Shown: positions 12,533 to 25,000 of the stretch, in pieces
How the letters are laid out: every line of letters starts with the position of its first letter
Position numbering within the stretch: the stretch's first letter is position 1
DNA from: Lingula anatina
Taxonomy: Eukaryota; Animalia; Brachiopoda
Direction of reading: 5' to 3'
DNA length: 64,000 nucleotides
Assembly: GCA_051362555.1 (NCBI GenBank)
Contig: CM120646.1
Coordinates: 15,810,001-15,874,000, forward strand
Translations under genes and position numbers: made by a program
Notes under the pieces: generated by a model
The model's database searches: none
The model's input: the letters and a program-made list of their open reading frames with translations, nothing else
What the model was told of the DNA's origin: nothing

Positions 12533-14228
12533 TCACTTCAAGTTTGTAAATATAATTTGACAGTTATAATCAATTGCCAAGTCTCCAATCATAACTGGTG
12601 AATATATCCCCTCAGGGTTAGGAATGCATGACAAAATTCCCACTGCTGAAACTTTTGCTGAAACTTTAAAAAGAAAAAGAAATAAATTAAAAAAAAAAAA
12701 AAAAAAACACCACCTTCCACTTACCCAGGTGAGCATTGGCTTCATCTGTGTGGCCAGGAGTTCTAGATTTGATAAAACTGACCACATCTTTCATCTGCCG
12801 GTTCAATCTACGGAGCTCGGCACTGTAGGCAGGGTTGATGAAGTGGTTGCCAACGACTGGCCTGGGTTTGTCCCTCAAGTATCTATTCTTGTAAGGCTTA
12901 ATTCTATATCCTGTAATAGCAAAGAGGAAATTTGTAATGTCAGTGAATGTCCATACTTATGATATATGGTGGGTAAAGTGTGGATGAAGGAGGACCCAAA
13001 CTTTAATCTTTGCACTGGTGTCAATGGGGTGGTGGCTTTAAAAACATGGCCTAGGCATAGTAAATTCTACTGAAATAACCCACTTTGAATGGTGTATTTA
13101 TGCCATAATATAAATATATAAATGACACTATGACAATGATGATGGAAACTAAAAAAAAATTCAAAAATCACCAGCAGATGAAAATTTTGGAGGAAACTTA
13201 CTAAAATTCCCTTCCTGCAAGCTGTCACTGCTGCTGGATTTGTTTTCCTCATCAGAGTCTGTCAGCAGGTGGTCATCGCCTTTGCGGCATAGGTTACGAT
13301 AGTATTCTTCAGCCTTTGTATTCACCTGAAATTTTGATTTTTTTTTAACCAATATTTCAATACTATTTTACTTGGAAAAATAAAAACATTCAAACAAACA
13401 CCAACATGTGTTTTTTTTTTAATGGACAAATGAAGATAACTGTTAACCACCCTCCCTAGTTCAAAAACAAAATTGGGTGTTTTAGATATTCTGTAATATC
13501 AATTACCTTCTCCATAGTTCAATGAAAAACAAAAGAGAAATTGGTTTTGTTATTCGTTTCACCCTTATTCACCAGTAACTATTTGAAAAATGAATTTTAA
13601 AGTGATTCACAATTTTTACTTCATCATAAGTAACAATTCCTAAATCCTTCAATTAAAAAACAAAAGTGAAAGTGACATTTCATTCTCTCTCTGGGACTCA
13701 CTTCTCCTAGTGATGCCTCCCAGTCCTTGATAGTCTTCTCCTTCTCCTTCAGCAGCCGGAGTCCAGTGGACAAGGAGCTGTTCAGTATATCAATGTCCAG
13801 GGCCTCTCTGTCCAGCTTGGCTCTCCTGCTGTTCAGGGCTGACCGCATCAGGGGGCACATATCCTAGGAGAGTGGACAGCAAGGTGATTATATGGATAAC
13901 TGTGACCCGAGTCCCACAGACACGCCCTCTGTCTAGGTGAATCAACCCAACTCTGTTGGGACTCTTGCTAAGTGCAATCAGCTTAACAGGCCTCCTCTTG
14001 TTTTTAACATACTCATATAATCTCAAGCATTTTCAAAGAGGCATGTTAATCTGTTAAGCTGACTGCACCCAGCAAGAATCCTGGCAGATATGTTTTTATG
14101 AGAATATGGGGCCTCTGACTAGATGTACTGACTGGAAAGCTGGCACTGACATATTAAAAGTTGTCATAACAGATAAATGATTTCAACAAACCATCACACA
14201 TCCATGTAAACATAAATAATGAATGAAC

Positions 14229-14259
<31 letters not shown>

Positions 14260-17200
14260 AGATTTAAGACTAACAAAAATGTGCAATATGTCTATTTACC
14301 GGTTTATACAATCTCTCCCTGTCTTTCTCATACTCCCTGTAGGCTGCATCATGCTTTGCCTGTCGCTTAGATATATCTTCACACTGTATACGGAGGAAAT
14401 CATCAGCCACACCATTCTTGGTTCTTTCATATGACAGGCGGGTTCTGAACTCTCTGAAAAAAGAAAAAAAATCAGCATTTATGAGTATTTTTATAAGATT
14501 ACTAACTATACAAAAGTGGCACTGACACCATGGCACTTAAACTGTTGCATTTTAAATTCATCTGCCTAATGATCAATATTTTAAAAATTTGAAATGTGTT
14601 TGAAAAAATTCATATTTCTGTTCCAATGGAGCAAAAACCAAATTACACGAAAAAATCTATGGATTCATTCTTCGTTCATCAAAGTATATGTAAATGCATT
14701 TGAATATTAGGTACTCTAATTATGATGTTAATGTGGTTAAAGATCCAAATAAAACATACTGAATCTTTTCCTTTTCAGCTTGTGTCAGTTCTTTCTCAGC
14801 TGTTAATCGTTTCATCTTATCTTTCATCTTAAACATCTCATCTTCGGTCTCTCTGTTGATCTTTTCTCTCAAACTGTTAAAAAATAGTACAGTAAACAAA
14901 TATTAATAAAGATACAACAACATTAGTGGCAATGAAAGCAATTTTTTTTTTCAAAAAGATGAACTGCCTATCCATGAATGAATTTCTGTATTCATTTTCA
15001 TTGTGTTTGAAATACTTGACAATTGCTCTCCTAAAGTTGTTTTACAAGTTTGATAAAAATAAAGAAATAAAACGCACCCAAATTTTTCTTCTTTGGCTGG
15101 TTTCATTTCTTTCTCAGCTGTAAACAGCACTTGTTGCATATCGTTCTTCATTTTTTCCCGGGCCTCATCTTTTTTCTTGGACAACTCATGATCTGTCTCT
15201 CTGTTGATCTTTCCTTTCAAGGCCCTAGAATAAAGAATAGTAACTTAAACATCAAGATACAACAACATATGCAATGCTGGAGCATTTATTTTTTCAATAT
15301 TATGAACTGTCTATGCATGGATGAATAGTTGACAATTACTCTCCTGTTTAAGTTGTTCTATAAATTTGATTATAAAAAAAAATGAAATAAAACACACCCA
15401 AGTTTTTCTTCCTTGGCTTGTGTCAGTCCTTTCTCTGCTATAAACAGCTTTTGTTGGATAAAGTTCTCTAGTTTATCTTGCGCCTCATCTTTCATCTTGG
15501 ATTTCTCATGTTTTAACTCTCTTTTGATCTTTTTTCTCAGGATCCTAGAAAAAAGTACAGTAAACAAACATCAAGATACAACAAAATTCTGTCTCTGGAA
15601 GTAATTTCTTTTTTTTAAATATGAACTTCCTTTACATGACTGAATTTGAGTTTGATTTCTGGTGTTTGAAATTGTTGACGATTGCTCTCTTGTTGAAGTT
15701 GTTTTACAAGCTTGATAAAAAATTAAAAAATAAAACACACCTCAGCTTTTTTTCTTTGGTTTGTCTCAGTTCTTCCTCTGCTGTAAACAGCTCTTGTTGG
15801 ATATCATTTTTCAGTTTTTCTTGGGCTTCCTCTTTCATCTTAGACATCTCATGTTCTGTCTCTCTGTTGATCTTTTCTCTCAGGACCCTAGAACAGTGAA
15901 CAAACCTAGAGTGTAACAACTTTTGTGGAATGAATTTAGCATAATTAAAAGAAGAAAGAAGAATGCCTAGGCATATCAGAATTTCTGAATTCACTTTTTT
16001 CGCATGAACAAGTTGACAATTGCTCTCCTGTTGAAGTTGTTTTACAAGTTAGATAAAAATAAAGAAATAAAACACACCCAAGTTTTTCTTCCTTGGCTTG
16101 TCTCAGTTCTTTCTCAGCTGTAAACAGTTCTTGTTGGATATCGTTCTTCAGTTTATCTTGGGCCTCCTTTTTCATCTTGGACATCTCATCATTTGTCTCA
16201 TTATTGATCTTTTCTCTCAGGATCCTAGAAGAAAGCAGATGTGAACAAACATCAAGACACGTACAAGAAAACTGTGAAACTGAAAGCATTTTCTTTTTTC
16301 AACAATATGAACTGCCTTTTGCATGAAGGAATTTGTGGTTTCATTTCTTTGTACCTAAATCAGTTGACAATTGCTCTCATGTTAAAGTTGTTTTACAAGT
16401 TTGATAATAAAGAAAGAAAGAAATAAAATTAACACACCCAAGTTTTCGTTCTTTGTCATGTCTCAGTACTTTCTCAGCTGCAAACAGCTCTTGTTGGATA
16501 TCATCCTTTAGTTTATCTTGGGCCTCATCTTTTATCTTGGACAGCTCCTGTTTTGTCTCACCGTTGATCTTTTCTCTCAGGATCCTAAAAAAAAAATCAC
16601 GGTGAACAAACATCATGATACACCATTTGTGACAATGAATTTAGCAACTTTTTCAAAAATATGAACTGCCTGTGAATGAATGAATTTGTGGATCCACTTT
16701 CTTTGTATGAATTATTTGACAGTTGCTCTCCTGTTGAAGTTGTGTTACAAGTTTGATAAAAAATATAGAAATAAAACACACCCAAGTTTTTCTTCTTTGG
16801 CTTGTCTCATTTCTCTCTCAGTTGTTAGCAGCTCTTGCTGGATATCCCTCTTAAGTTTATCTTGGGCCTCCTGCTTTATCTTGGACATCTCACCTTCTGT
16901 CTCATTATTGATCTTTTCTTTCAGGCTCCTAAATTAAGTACAGTAAACATTAAGATACAAAAAAAAACAAACAAACTGTGACACTGAAACATTTTCTGTC
17001 TCTATTTATCATTTCTCTCAAGATCTTAGAAGAAAGTATAATAAACAAACATCAAGATACAGCAATATTTTTGGCAGTGAAAGCATTTTTTTTTCACAAT
17101 ATGAACTGCCTATACTGAATGAATTTGTGAATGGTCTTTTTGTACCTGAAATAGTTGACAATTGCTCACCTGTTTGGAGTTTTTTTTTTTTATAAGTTTG

Positions 17201-19049
17201 ATAAAAATAAAGAAATAAAACATTTTTTTGTACCTAAATCAGTTGACAATTGCTCTCATGTTAAAGTTGTTTTACAAGTTTGATAATAAAGAAAGAAAGA
17301 AATAAAATTAACACACCCAAGTTTTCGTTCTTTGTCATGTCTCAGTACTTTCTCAGCTGCAAACAGCTCTTGTTGGATATCATCCTTTAGTTTATCTTGG
17401 GCCTCATCTTTTATCTTGGACAGCTCCTGTTTTGTCTCACCGTTGATCTTTTCTCTCAGGATCCTAAAAAAAAAATCACGGTGAACAAACATCATGATAC
17501 ACCATTTGTGACAATGAATTTAGCAACTTTTTCAAAAATATGAACTGCCTGTGAATGAATGAATTTGTGGATCCACTTTCTTTGTATGAATTATTTGACA
17601 GTTGCTCTCCTGTTGAAGTTGTGTTACAAGTTTGATAAAAAATATAGAAATAAAACACACCCAAGTTTTTCTTCTTTGGCTTGTCTCATTTCTCTCTCAG
17701 TTGTTAGCAGCTCTTGCTGGATATCCCTCTTAAGTTTATCTTGGGCCTCCTGCTTTATCTTGGACATCTCACCTTCTGTCTCATTATTGATCTTTTCTTT
17801 CAGGCTCCTAAATTAAGTACAGTAAACATTAAGATACAAAAAAAAAACAAACAAACTGTGACACTGAAACATTTTCTGTCTCTATTTATCATTTCTCTCA
17901 AGATCTTAGAAGAAAGTATAATAAACAAACATCATGATACAGCAATATTTTTGGCAGTGAAAGCATTTTTTTTCATAATATGAACTGCCTATACTGAATG
18001 AACTTGTGAATGGTCTTTTTGTACCTGAAATAGTTGACAATTGCTCACCTGTTTGGAGTTTTTTTTTTTTTATAAGTTTGATAAAAATAAAGAAATAAAA
18101 CATACCCAAGCTTTTCTTCTTTGGCTTGTCTCAGTTCTTTCTCAGTTGTTAGCAGCTCTTGTTGGATATCCCTCTTAAGTTTATCCTGGGCCTCCAATTT
18201 TATCTTGGACATCTCATCTTCTGTTTCTCTTTTGATCTTTTCTTTCAGGATTCTGAAACAAAGCAAAGGTATTGAACTACGAGATTCAGAGAAAAATTTG
18301 GCAAACCGAAGCTTTTCCCCTTAAACTTTTTGCATGACTGTCTCAGCTGTGATCAGTTCTTCTTCCATGTCCCTTCATAAGTTTATCCTGAGATTTCAGC
18401 TTACACATATCATCTCTTGCCTCTTTATGTATGGTTTCTCTAATGATTGTGATATATTCAATATCTTCACTTGGTTCAATTGTAAATATGCTTTGATGTT
18501 GTAGTTAACACCATTACCAATGAAAAATATTCATGAATAACTTCACAATAAGACAAATAACACACCTAATTCTTTCTTCTTTAATTAGCCTCATCTCTTT
18601 CTCTGCTTCTCTTAGTTCTTGCTGCATGTCTTTCATGAGAGCATTCAGCTTTTCATCTTTCATTCTGGCTATCTGATGTTTAGTCTCTTTGTCTATCTGT
18701 TCTCCCATAACTCTGAAGTAATAATATCAGATATTATACATTTCAAATAATCACTCTGGGTATTTAAAAAGAAATGGTACAAATGAAATGATCAAGAATG
18801 TGACTTTTTGGCTCCCAAAAAGTCAGAAATCTGCCGATTGTCTCACAAATCTCATCCCTGGTTAATGATAACTTCACAGTAACAAATGTATAACATACCT
18901 TAGGTCTTCCTCCTTGGTTTCTATCATCTCTGTCCTAGCTTTATCCAGCTCTTTCAGCATGCATTTTATGAGAGCATTCAACTTTTCATCTTTCATCCTG
19001 GCTATCTGATCCTTAGTTTCTTTGTCTATCTGTTCTCCTATAACTCTGG

Positions 19050-19080
<31 letters not shown>

Positions 19081-19463
19081 TCAAAAAATAAAAATTCCAA
19101 ATAATCACCTAGGGTATTTAAAAAGAAATGGTACAAATGACATAATCAAGAATGAGACTTTTTGGCTCCCAAAAAGTCAGAAATTGCTGATAGTCTGAAA
19201 AATGTTGTTACTGTTGTGAGCACCAACACCACCCAAAAAGGTGGATCTTATCCCTTGTTAATGATAACTTCACAGTAACAAAAGTATAGCATACCTCAGT
19301 TTTCTCTCTTTAGTTTGCATCATCTCTATCTTAGCTCTATCCAGTTCTTGCTGCATGCCTTTCATGAGAGCATCCAATTTTTCAGCTTTCATCCTGGCTA
19401 TCTGATCTTTAGCTTCTCTGTCTATCTGTTCTCCCAAAGTTCTGGAATAATAACAACAACAAC

Positions 19464-19509
<46 letters not shown>

Positions 19510-21972
19510 TATTACAAGGACAAATAGAATCACACTGAACAGGTGAATGTACACAAGCCATTAAAGACACAAATGAGTTAATGATGAATTCACAGTAATT
19601 AAAGTATAATTAACCTACCTGAGTTTTTCCTCTCTGGTTTGTACAAACTCTCCCTTAGCTCTCTCCAGGTCTTCCTCCATGGCCTTCATAAGCTCTTTCA
19701 TTCTTTCATCCCTCATCTTGGCCATCTCAATTTGGGTCTCTCTGTTGATCTTTTCTCTCATGATTCTGTGAAAAAAATGATAAAAAAAATTAGATATGAA
19801 TGAGACATGGCACCAGTGTGGCATCATGAGGTAAATAACCACTTGCCTAGTTATTTAATTACCTATATCATTGGATAACTTAAATGTTGTATCAAAATAC
19901 AACATACCTCAGCTTTTCCTCTTTAGCTTGTCTCAGTTCTCTCTCAATTTCGATTCGTTCCCGATGGATGTTCTTCTTAAGCTTGTGAGATTCTTTTGCT
20001 GTGATCTTATCCTGACTTTTTTCCTTTTCCTAAAACACCAGAACACATACACATGACAGAATTTGTAGCGGTAGGAATATTTATACACAGATATCAACTT
20101 GCCATCTTGATCAAAATTACTGAGAGCATGGTACGTGTAGTAACGTCACAAAACCAAGTTCAGTCTATCTTGAATTGTGCTGCTTACATCATGCAATTAT
20201 TATTTCTGAAGGTGAGAAGCTTATCTAATTTGTTGTATAAATTGTAAAATAATAAACAATGCAACAATGGACAAAATTCTGAAAAAAAAAAAAAAAATCA
20301 AACTGTTCCCCTAATATAGCTAATAATGTTGAATAACAAGTGTTAGATGTAGAATATTCTAGAGACAATGAATTTTGACAAAAAGTTGGACATACCAATT
20401 CATCAATTTCTTCATTCTTCTTCTGAGGATTGACCTCCTTGTCTTTCATTTGCTTGGACTGGTAGAGAAAAATATATTCATGTAAAAAAAAACATAGGGT
20501 AACTGTGACACAAATAGTAGATCAGATGCACGGGTACTTGTCATTGAGAGGACCAATAAAAGATTTTTCATCATAAGCACAATGACATACTTTGTTGCTA
20601 CTAGTCTGACTCACAAAAAGACATACCAGTTCAATTTCTTTCTCTCTCGTGTCCAGCTCTGCCATCAAGTTGGGATCAGAATCATAGGGCAGATCACTCT
20701 GTACACAGACACAGAAAAAACAAATAAGCAAAAATAGTTTAAAAACACTTTCAAATAAGGATAGAAGAAAAGAACAATCAAGAAAAAAGAACAGAAAAAA
20801 TGACAACTCAATAAATGAAAATGTATTAAAATAAAGATTAAACAAACTTTCAACAAGTTATAATTCAAAGACAAAATTAATTAGGTAGTCAAACTTAGCA
20901 TGCCATGCAAAAAAAAAAATAATAATAATAAATAAATAAATAATATGAAATCCTATCACATAGGAAATGTTTTTCCTGCACTTCTACATCACTCCTACAA
21001 AAATTATTACCTACCATGTTCTTAAGATCCTCATCTGTGTCATCCTTTGTCTTTGGTCTTCTCTTTGTGTACTTTTTCTTTTTTGGCTTTTCTTTTTTGG
21101 CCTGCTTTGCCTGGGATAGAGCAAAACAGAGAGTCAGAGACTTAACGTAAAATGTGCTTATAGTCAGGATGACAGCTTTCAGTAAAAGGGAAAACAAGAA
21201 TTATGACAAAAATTCTTAGCATCACAATGTTGCGTTTAATGTCTGAATCACACTGTGAAATTTTCATTTATGTGGTACAGTAGTTGGGAAAGAAGACCAA
21301 AGAAAACTTAAAAATACTGTCATATTGGCATAAAGCTGAAGGAAATAGAGAAAAAGCATAAGAACAAACTGGAAAAAGTAGAAAAAGTGCAATGAAAACC
21401 AAAAAAGAAAGAGTTAAAGAATACTAAAGAAAGAAAAGAAGCATTTAAGTTATCAAAGGTATTCCACTAGGGATGAAAAATACTGAAAAGAAAGGAGGGA
21501 AGAAACTGCAGTATACATAAAAAAAGGAAAGAAGTGTAAGTAAGAAAATGGTCACTATACGTGACATGCAGAACGAAAGTCTTGCAGGGTGGGTTTCATA
21601 AGAAAAAGCAATGAACTAGAACAAAAAAAGCAAAAGAAGTGCACAAAGAGTGGAACACAGCAAAACAAGAATAGAAAACCCACAGCATGTAAAGCCGAGA
21701 AAAGCTGAAGCAAAACAGTGGATGTACAGAGAACTACGTGTATCTGTGCTATACCATGGACTGTGGCACCTGCTGGAGAAAACTGTACCTAGCTGTTGTA
21801 GCAGAACTCTTCTGCATCATCATCATCATACTGGTTTGATTATTTTGAGGTTCATTTTCCTATAAATACTAAAACCCTGAAATTTCAAAAACAAAGTAAA
21901 TCAATGACAAATATGCTGCCAATGTATTGTAAAGATATACATAATACCATGCACAGATTGGAGTTTTCAACC

Positions 21973-22022
<50 letters not shown>

Positions 22023-25000
22023 TTCTGGTCACAGATCCTTAAAAATTCTCACTGGTCATGCAACTGTTACTTAATCAAAAGTAGTCTCTGCACAAAAACT
22101 AAAAATTCAGGGTCACCTAATTTTTATAGGAGGTCTAACTACTCAACTTCTGATTACATTTAGTTTTATTTTCATTGGGGTAAAAATTACATGCACTCAT
22201 GTTTGATTTCCAGTTAAGAACAACCATAAATATTTCCAAATCTCACCTTCTGTTTTGGCACAAGTTCCTCCTTGATCTTTTCTTCTTTCTGTTTTGGCAC
22301 ATGTTCCTCCTTAATCTTTTCTTTCTTAGGAGCTGGCTTTTTAGCCTCCTTCACAGCTTTGGGCTCTTCTGTGCCACTTTTCTTTTTGGACTAAATAAAA
22401 ATGTAACGGTCAGATTTTACAAAAAAAAAAGACAATTAGAATGTGAAATCAAACAAGACCATGTACCAAAATTATTATTAGCTGACGTCTTTGCTGGTGA
22501 AAATGTCTTTAATTCCTACTTCTAGTAATTTTCCCCCATTTGAATGCCTAATTACAACTATATTGAGTTACAGTAGTGATGTTAATGATATCATAAAGAA
22601 AAAAAAAATTTCTTTTTAGTACAGGGGAAGTAGCACAAAGACCAATAACAATAGACCCTTGGGGGAAGATTGACTGAATTTTGGAACAGCAGTCTTATAA
22701 AAACTGTTACCTGAATGGAAGGCAGAGGTTTGTGAATAAAGACAGCCCCAGGAGCAATGCCATCTTCTAGGGGAGGCAGAGAAGGAATTGCAGGGAGATC
22801 CTGGAAATAACAGACACAAAAATAACATACCACTGATCAACTGAGGATATTGATAAAAAAGAAAGAACAATTAATCATCATGATAAAAAAGGGAAAAATC
22901 TTTGTTTTTTTCTTTTATTCTAATTCTTACTTCATTTAATACACGAAATGTTATGTTCACTTAAAGATAAACCAGAAACTATTACTTAATAACTGATACA
23001 TTTACAACAAATGACTCCCAAAACGTATTAATTTCCTATTAAACAAGTTTAATACAGGGGCCAGAAGTTATCATCCATTTTCATATTCAAAACCTATTCA
23101 AGGTGAAAGTTTTTTAAGATGACCAGGCACATACCCCTACTCCAGCCATTGTCTTGAGAGGTCTCAGAGGATCAAGTTTGCCCAGAGAGTTGACCTGGAC
23201 GGGCTAAAACATCAGCAGATGGACACTGTCAGTGATTCTTTTATTTATTTACCTATTCATTTATTTATTTATTTATTTATTAGTAATAACAAATCTTTTT
23301 AGCATGTAAAATCTAATTTAATGAAGTGAAATGCATTTTAACTAGAAATACATTTACAATCCTAACAAAAAAATCTAGATGGAAGTTAATGTGAATGCTT
23401 TTACCCTTACCTCTTCTTTTTTGTCAGTTGCTTTTGGTGCAGCAAGCTTGATCTTATCAGCAGCTGCAAGATACAGTTATCTTCTTTATTTTATTGTCAC
23501 AATGTGAGTGTGAGGTGACAATAAAAGCAAACAGGGCATTAAAAACTATAATCTTCATTTATAAATTCTATATATTTGCACAAAATAAAATTGTTTGCTA
23601 GGCTTTATAATTATGATGATAGATTGAGCATAAACAGGAGTAAACTTTCAAAGTGGTGATATATTAGTTTAAACAAAAGCTAGGGTATAAACCTATTGCG
23701 GTATATGCATTACAGTGCACCATGAGCTGGAGTCAGCCAAAACTGCTTGGTAGAGACATATATTTGACATTATTATTAAAGGTAGGGTTTTTAATAAAAC
23801 AGTTAAAAAAAACTGACCATTATTTGGCCCCTGTCTGGCCAATCTACGTCTCTCGTCCTCCACCATCTTTCTGTACTTCATATCAGCGGGATAGTCCCAG
23901 ATGCACTCACCAGTGGCAAAGTTGAAATAGTAGGTGTCACCATTGACATCTTGACTGCAATACAATGTTATTATAAAGCTACAATACATGGTCTAAAAAT
24001 ATAATAATAATAATAATGTGGCAGGCTCTGTGTGGAGGCACCTGCATGTGTGTGCATACGTGTACATGCAAGCGTGTGTGTCAGGGCTCGACATTAGCGC
24101 CTGTCCGCCTGTCCGGGACAGGTAAAAATTCAGTTCGGACAGGTGAAGTTGCAGGGTTGGCTGTCCGACGGACAGGTCATGCTTTATGAGAAATTTGGAG
24201 CAAAAATCTTTTAAAAATCATTTTTTGTTGCATACTAACGTCTTTTTGCCTCTTCCTAGAGGACATTGAAAAAGAGTGACCTACTTTTGGCACAAAACAC
24301 ATGCAGTCGCAAAACGAAGTCTGAGCAAACTTACCGCCAAATTATGAAAGTGAACACCCTCCAGAACTTCAGCAGACAAAATTTATTCACATATCAGGTT
24401 CACTACTGAACATTTATTTAGTTAAAAATTTACGTGGTTTAGTAATAAAGACACTTCCAAAAACAGAAACTACACAAGTACTGTGCTGGAGCCAGATTGG
24501 ACTGGATGAACTGGCTATATCTAGTTCGTTGTCACGGCAACAAACTGCCTGTCAATCAAACACGTTGTATGCTATCTGCTCACTATAGAAAGTGAAATCT
24601 TTGGGACTGAAGATCTTGTTGAAATGTTGTTTATTTGCCAAAATATTACCTGAAATTATGTATGATGTTTTTTTAATGACTCTAGCATCACCTCTGTTAT
24701 TTACAGTTTAAAATTTAGTGCTGGAATATGATAAATTAACATTGCTCTCATATACCAGTGTGATATTGATGTAAGGAAGAAATTAGTAATAACAAATATG
24801 AGAATTTTAATAAAAAGAAGGGGAACTTTTTTATACTGATTTTATTTAGTTCATATATGTTTAAAAAATCAAACATGTGATAACCCCTTAAAAAGTTAAA
24901 TTGTTAACATAAATATAAGTAAAGTATTATAAAATTTCTTTAATTTTCATTGAAATTTATTCAAATATTATAAATTTTGAATATTTTAATAAAATTAATT

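Noticed and set aside
12957-13050. Extra CEP164-like exon
   Set aside because: Including it breaks the frame and leaves a 46-nt intron, whereas direct splicing 13202 to 12910 is in frame.
15131-19527. Repeated plus-strand Ser/Leu/Phe-rich ORFs
   Set aside because: Antisense translations of the E/K-rich repeat exons.
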